Positions 58,913-64,000 of a stretch of DNA of 64,000 nucleotides are shown one piece after another. Source of the stretch: an uncultured Candidatus Saccharibacteria bacterium (GTDB lineage: Bacteria; Patescibacteriota; Doudnabacteria; UBA920; VMFF01). The stretch lies in assembly GCA_964364285.1 (NCBI GenBank), contig CAYIKZ010000002.1, positions 3,800-67,799 on the forward strand, in the 5' to 3' direction. The translations under genes and the position numbers were made by a program. The stretch's first letter is position 1. Each line of letters opens with the position of its first letter. The notes under the pieces were generated by a model that saw only the letters and a list, made by a program, of their open reading frames with translations, was not told where the DNA came from and made no database searches.

Positions 58913-59170
58913 ATGGGAGAGTATAATTTCAATAAAAGACAATGCTTACAAGCATTAAAAAAATTAGGTTTTTTTGAGGGAAGCAAGCGCAGAGGTATTC
59001 ATGATAAATATTATCCTCCCAAAAGAATAGCCGAAAATCTGACTTCTGAGAAAGCCCCTTTTATAATGATACCTAGGCATAACGAGTTGCATATCCAAAC
59101 GGAAATTATCAAAGAGATTAAGGCTATGGGTGGTGATGATTTGGTAGAACAATTTAAAAAATATTTATAA
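58913..59170 (+). CDS. HicA-like toxin
   Basis: ALKKLGF...RRGIHDKY...IMIPRH dsRBD-like pattern, downstream of the HicB-like gene. Confidence 0.7.
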   Translation: MGEYNFNKRQCLQALKKLGFFEGSKRRGIHDKYYPPKRIAENLTSEKAPFIMIPRHNELHIQTEIIKEIKAMGGDDLVEQFKKYL

Positions 59171-59208
59171 TAGAACCGCTATAAATCAAATAAGCGGTTT
59201 TATAGTTT

Positions 59209-59240
59209 TGTTGATCTAGTCTGTATAAGCAGGGTATAAT
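59209..59240 (+). promoter_or_regulatory. Promoter of HicBA-like module 2 (duplicated element)
   Basis: TGTTGATC-TAGTCTGTATAAGCAGGG-TATAAT; 2 mismatches to 58535-58566. Confidence 0.75.
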
Positions 59241-59268
59241 TTAAACAAGTATTAAGCTAATTTTAGCT

Positions 59269-59616
59269 ATGTCCAGATTTATTCAAAGAATACAATCTTA
59301 TTTGGCTACTCCGGCACAAGCCCAAGAAAAGATCACTCATTTATTGATTGAGCTTCGTCATCGTGGGTTGACTTTTGATATTAGCTTAGAAAATGAAGAT
59401 GGACAAAAATTCTTTTATGCAAAATCCATAGATTATCCAAAGGGTTATATTTCTGCTACTGGTCAAACTACGGAAGAATTAGAAAGTGAATTAAAGGACG
59501 CGATTTTTACAGCCTTTGAAGTTCCAGCAAGATTTTGCATTTCTGAACTAATTGTTTTCAATCCTCCTGTCTCACAGGTAGCTACTGCAAACCAGAAAGT
59601 ATATGCTACCATCTAG
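59269..59616 (+). CDS. HicB-like antitoxin (divergent)
   Basis: FFYAKS...GYISATGQTTEELESELKDAIFTAFEVP parallels module 1 (ITQAQT..EL..VNDAVLTYFDVP). Confidence 0.7.
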   Translation: MSRFIQRIQSYLATPAQAQEKITHLLIELRHRGLTFDISLENEDGQKFFYAKSIDYPKGYISATGQTTEELESELKDAIFTAFEVPARFCISELIVFNPPVSQVATANQKVYATI

Positions 59617-59828
59617 TTTCCCGTCTGATATATCGCAAAAGAGACTAGCAAAAGCATTTCAAAAAGGGTTTACGCTGGTGGCAAAGGCGGTCATTATAAA
59701 CTTGATGATCCTAAAAGCAAGAAGTTTATAACTCTACAATCTAAACTCTGGAAAGCTGTACTAAAGATAAATTGAAGCAAGCGGAAGAACTCGGTTATGA
59801 CGCAACAGAGATAATGAATAATTATTAA
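59603..59828 (+). pseudogene. HicA-like toxin pseudogene (two frameshifts)
   Basis: MLPSSFPSDISQKRLAKAFQKGF / YAGGKGGHYKLDDPKSKKFITLQSKLWKAVL / KDKLKQAEELGYDATEIMNNY* read across two frame changes. Confidence 0.65.
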
Positions 59829-60461
59829 ATTCTCCGGCCTCTAAAATAAGAAGCAGGAGCTTTTTAATAGAAAAGGACTACATTCAACATTCTAGTGCAA
59901 CACCTCATTAGTCTACCTTACGGTGTTGCGCTTACTTGTTGAACTTACTATACGGTTGGTTGACAATAATACCAAAAGATTATATAATGCTTGCATATTA
60001 AACCTTTGTACCAGGTTTATCCACATTTATGATTTGTACCATCATAAGTATTTCCAAAGGCATTCTGCTGAATACCTTAGGAGCCAAAGAAATCAGGAAA
60101 GTAGAACCAACCACGCTTAAATAGGGGATTTTAAGCGACTTTGTTATACTTTCCTGGTTTTTTTATGCAGATTGTGTTTGCACGCACATGTACGTATAAA
60201 AGGAACCGGGCGGTTATTTGAAGACATATATAGAGGGTGTAACAACGCTCTATTATAGGCGTCAAATAATACGCAACTAGCACTGGAGTGTTTAGTGTTC
60301 TTTATTAATAAAGATTGGTCGATCTCTAGGCGAAAGGCCTTGTAATAGGCTTTGCCAGAAGCTAGTTGAAACAGAAAATATATTAATAACACTTTTTTTA
60401 GATTAAGATTGATTGTCGCATATGAACAATTAATCCCTCGTCTAAAAAAACGGAGTAAAAC

Positions 60462-63400
60462 ATGCAAACCTCTTTAGCAAAGAAAATCTTTGCAATAGGT
60501 TCAACTTCAGCCATGTTGTTAGCTGCTGTCCCTTTTGTGGCTTCAGCTGCAGTTCACTCTGCCGGAACAAACGTCGTTTCTAACGGAACCGTTTATTTCG
60601 TCAACAGCAATGGTCAGAAACAACCTTACACTTCAGCTGGCGCATTTTTGTCCTATGGTTTTAACACCTGGGCAGATGTAGTCCCAGCTTCCGCTGAAGA
60701 TATGGCTTTGCCTACTGGCTCATTCGTTCCTCCATCAGATGGTTCCCTTATCAATGATAAAGGCACTGTATATTTGATGGTTAACGGAATGCCATCAGGC
60801 TTTACTACAGAACCAAACTTCTTAGGCTCAGGCTATTCTTACAAGAATGTCTTGGCTGGTGATGTTTCCTTCTTAGCAAAAGGCTCAAATATCAGCACAA
60901 CAGCAATGTCCCACCCAGTTGGTACATTAGTAAACGACAAAGGTACTGTTTACTTAATGACAGCATCTGGAAAAATGGGCATTCCTTCTCTTTCAACATT
61001 TAATTCTTGGGGCTATAGCTTCGCAAAAGTCGTTCCTGCAAACAGCTACGACTCAGCAGTTTCTATGAGCTCTGGAATTATGAATGCAAGAGTTGTCGGA
61101 CAATTGAACCCAACAGGTTCAACAGTCAACATTCCTCCAGTATCTGGAACTCTATCTGTAAGCGCAGCTTCAGATATGCCAGTTACTAGAACATTGGTCA
61201 AAGGCGAAGCAGTCTCTGATTTAGCTCACTTCACTTTCTACGGTACTGGTACAGTTACCGCAGTTACTTTGAAGAGATTCGGCGTTTCAGCAGATGCTAC
61301 TTTGAACAATGTCTACCTCTTTGACGGTTCAACAAGACTTACAGATTCAGCATCAGTCTCATCTGGAAGCACAATCAACTTCACAAGCAACAGCGGCTTG
61401 TTTACAGTCAATGGTTCAAAAACCGTTGCTGTAAGAGCTGACATCCTTTCAACTGCAGCAGCAGGTGAAACAGTCGGCGTTCAGTTGACATCAGCAATGA
61501 GCGGTTCTAACACAGTTAGTGGCGCTCCTGTATCAGGTAACTTACACACTGTTGCAACAGCTACTTTAGCTACTGTAGCATTGGGTGCAGTTACTCAATC
61601 TGGTGCAACAAATCCAGGCGTAGACATCAATGTCTGGCAATCAACAGCAACTGTCTCAACAAGAGACGTATTGATGACAAGATTAGCATTGCGCCAAGTT
61701 GGCTCAATTGTTTCTGCTGACGTCAATAACTTCAAGTTGTTTGTAGATGGAGTACAAGTAAGCTCAGCAGCTTCTTTGGACTCTAATGGTTATGTAACCT
61801 TTAGCTTTAGCAAAGCATTGACAACAGGCAACAGAACCTTAAAGGTAACAGCAGATGTTATCGGTGGTTCTGGAAGAAATGTAGAGTTCTCTCTACGTGG
61901 TGCTTATGACATCTCAGTTACTGATACTCAGTACAATGCAGGTGTTACAGCAACCGCTTCTTCATTCCCATTGGATGCAGGTGCAACCTTCAACATTAGC
62001 GCTGGTTCTATGACAGTTGTTAAAGCAACTGATTCACAGTCTCAGAACGTTACTTTGGGTGCAACTGATCAAACATTGGCTAAATACACCTTCACCGCTT
62101 ATGGTGAACAAATCAAGGTTGAAACCTTGAGAGTCGGTGTTATAACAACTGGTGGAACTGTTACTGAACATACATTGAGAAATGTAAGAATCTTAGTAAA
62201 TGGTTTACAAGTTGGTAGCACAACCAACGTCCCAGCTGCAGCAACTTTTGCATCAGGCGCTGGTACACAATTCACAACAAACTTCACAGTAGTTCCTGGT
62301 ACAGTAGCTACAGTTGAAATTCGTGGTGATATCGTAGACTCTGAAGATACTGATAACATCGCAGCTGGAACAGTTACTGCTGTCCAAGCTTTGTTAATCG
62401 GTGGTACTTCAGCAAACAACGCAATTCCACAGGTATCCTTAGGAACCTTGGACGTGCCAACAGCTAACAACACATTAGGTAATAGCTTAACAATTGCCTC
62501 TGGTTCTATTAGTTTGACTCAACAGTCAACCTACGCAGGTCAGACAATTGTTGCTCCTCAAACAGCTTACAAAGTCGGTGCTTACAACCTAACTGGTAAT
62601 AGCACTGAAGCAGTCAACCTCAATACACTTGAAGTAGACTTCACTGGTACTACTGCTGAAGAAACTGTCTTAACAGACGTTTACGTAAAGTATGGTACTC
62701 AGACAACAGCTGTTAAAGGAACTGTAACCGCAGCAGACAACACATGGTCCATAAGCAGAACATTGGCAATCAACGAAACAATGCCAGTTGAAGTTTATGC
62801 AACCGTATCTTCTGCATTATCTACAGATACAATTATTACTCGTTTGACTGTCACTGGTATTACAGCATCATCTGGTTTAACCACTTATGCTGATACAAAC
62901 TCTGACACAACTAAGGATGCAAACGGCTTCTTAGGTCAAACAATCACTGGTGCTGCAAACGGAACTTTGACAGCAACAGCTGATGCTTCAACTCCTGATT
63001 CAGCAATTGTTGATGACTCAGGTACAGTAACTACAGCAGCCTTCAAGTTTGCTGCAGTCAATGATTCATTTACAATCACTGACATGACAGTCACTCTTGC
63101 AGATGCTTCTGCAGTTAACACTGTTACTTTGATGGACAGTGGCGTAGCAGTAACTGGTGGTTCAAAGCCAGGCGCTGCAACTCTAACCTTCAGTGGTTTG
63201 AATATCGCAGTCCAATCAAATAGCACAAAGATAATCACAGTTCAATTGACAATGTCTCCTGTTGGAGTAGGCGCTGGCACAGCTGGCTCTTCCTTGTTAA
63301 CAACATTGACATCATTCACCTCTCGTACCTCAAACGGCACATCTGACGTTTCAGCAAACGATGCAGGTCCTTCAATTGAAAACGACCCAGCTGGTAACAT

Positions 63401-64000
63401 TATGTACGTCTACCGCTCAATTCCTACAATCACAAACGTATTATATTTGCCAAATTCAATCTTGGCAGCTGGTACGCAGACTGTATCCAAGTTCACCGTT
63501 TCTTCTGGTGGAACTGGAGCAATTAGCTGGCAGAAACTTGTATTCACAGTTGCAAGAAGCATCGGTGGTACAGACACTCTTGCCACAACTCAATTGTGGA
63601 ACTCTGATACCAACACTCAAATTAGTGGTACAGTTGCATACACTGGCAGCGTAGAAGCTGACAATGGAACTGCTGGTACTATAATCTTTGTTGCAAACTC
63701 AGAACAGGCTATTAGCGGTGCTAAGACCTATGAGTTGAGAACAACAATTGCTGGAACCGTTGGAACTGGCGATTATATCTCTGTTAAAATCGCTCAGCCT
63801 TCTACTTTCGCAGCTTCAGTAGCAGCATTTGCTTCACATACTGCAAGCAGTGCTTCATACGCTGATGTAAATGCAGGCGGAACAGTCAATGCAAACGATA
63901 TTCGTTTGACAGCTCAAACATCTGTTGAATCAGGTTACGTGCAGACGACTACTGAAGGTGTCGCAACATTCTTAACATCAGATACAACTGATGAAGTACA
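60462..64000 (+). CDS. Very large secreted surface/S-layer-like protein (3' end beyond the window; not in the ORF track)
   Basis: ATG 60462 MQTSLAKKIFAIGSTSAMLLAAVPFVASA signal peptide; N-terminal GT-x-V/N-x-x-GTVY repeats; then T/S/A/G/V-rich beta-sandwich-like repeats. No stop seen before the window end, which explains its absence from the ORF track. Confidence 0.85.
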   Translation, partial: MQTSLAKKIFAIGSTSAMLLAAVPFVASAAVHSAGTNVVSNGTVYFVNSNGQKQPYTSAGAFLSYGFNTWADVVPASAEDMALPTGSFVPPSDGSLINDKGTVYLMVNGMPSGFTTEPNFLGSGYSYKNVLAGDVSFLAKGSNISTTAMSHPVGTLVNDKGTVYLMTASGKMGIPSLSTFNSWGYSFAKVVPANSYDSAVSMSSGIMNARVVGQLNPTGSTVNIPPVSGTLSVSAASDMPVTRTLVKGEAVSDLAHFTFYGTGTVTAVTLKRFGVSADATLNNVYLFDGSTRLTDSASVSSGSTINFTSNSGLFTVNGSKTVAVRADILSTAAAGETVGVQLTSAMSGSNTVSGAPVSGNLHTVATATLATVALGAVTQSGATNPGVDINVWQSTATVSTRDVLMTRLALRQVGSIVSADVNNFKLFVDGVQVSSAASLDSNGYVTFSFSKALTTGNRTLKVTADVIGGSGRNVEFSLRGAYDISVTDTQYNAGVTATASSFPLDAGATFNISAGSMTVVKATDSQSQNVTLGATDQTLAKYTFTAYGEQIKVETLRVGVITTGGTVTEHTLRNVRILVNGLQVGSTTNVPAAATFASGAGTQFTTNFTVVPGTVATVEIRGDIVDSEDTDNIAAGTVTAVQALLIGGTSANNAIPQVSLGTLDVPTANNTLGNSLTIASGSISLTQQSTYAGQTIVAPQTAYKVGAYNLTGNSTEAVNLNTLEVDFTGTTAEETVLTDVYVKYGTQTTAVKGTVTAADNTWSISRTLAINETMPVEVYATVSSALSTDTIITRLTVTGITASSGLTTYADTNSDTTKDANGFLGQTITGAANGTLTATADASTPDSAIVDDSGTVTTAAFKFAAVNDSFTITDMTVTLADASAVNTVTLMDSGVAVTGGSKPGAATLTFSGLNIAVQSNSTKIITVQLTMSPVGVGAGTAGSSLLTTLTSFTSRTSNGTSDVSANDAGPSIENDPAGNIMYVYRSIPTITNVLYLPNSILAAGTQTVSKFTVSSGGTGAISWQKLVFTVARSIGGTDTLATTQLWNSDTNTQISGTVAYTGSVEADNGTAGTIIFVANSEQAISGAKTYELRTTIAGTVGTGDYISVKIAQPSTFAASVAAFASHTASSASYADVNAGGTVNANDIRLTAQTSVESGYVQTTTEGVATFLTSDTTDEV

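Noticed and set aside
38444-60025. Replication origin suggested by DnaA boxes (TGTGGATAA 38444, TTATCCACA 56186 and 60017)
   Set aside because: Single isolated boxes far apart, with no cluster and no dnaA/dnaN nearby.
59923-60467. ORFs 59923-60120 (+) and 60144-60467 (-)
   Set aside because: No motifs, atypical composition; more likely the regulatory region of the surface-protein gene.

Overview
AT-rich bacterial chromosome segment in standard code 11. Gene content and synteny (orphan peptide SBP next to secG, lepB-hisS-HIT-rpsU-YqeY-ftsA-ftsZ, short RelA/SpoT, NDH-2, ComEC, pilin-like gene, tRNA-associated LAGLIDADG-like ORF, giant secreted surface protein) suggest a Patescibacteria/CPR organism; this is inference only. 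Housekeeping content: uvrC/uvrA, CIRCE-controlled hrcA-grpE-dnaK-dnaJ, a MacAB-type efflux operon, topA, pth, der, nrdR-nrdJ (with a LAGLIDADG intein), cobO, hisS, ndk, rpmF-nusB, HU and five tRNAs (Leu-CAG, Lys-TTT, Val-CAC, Pro-TGG, Gly-TCC). A toxin-antitoxin islet (AbiE plus two HicBA-like modules) follows tRNA-Gly. The most unusual observations are: (1) a 75-nt non-canonical tRNA/tmRNA-like RNA with alanine identity elements, followed by a small RNA with its own apparent promoter that is complementary to its central arm; (2) a full-length but catalytically eroded HisRS paralogue alongside an intact hisS; (3) five GC-rich, strong-Shine-Dalgarno, hairpin-bounded gene patches in an AT-rich, largely SD-poor genome, one encoding a repeat-core peptide; (4) further unannotated structured intergenic RNAs; (5) a synonymous-variant duplicate of a pilin 3' end flanking an inserted gene. 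All calls come from reading motifs by eye; no searches or folding programs were run.
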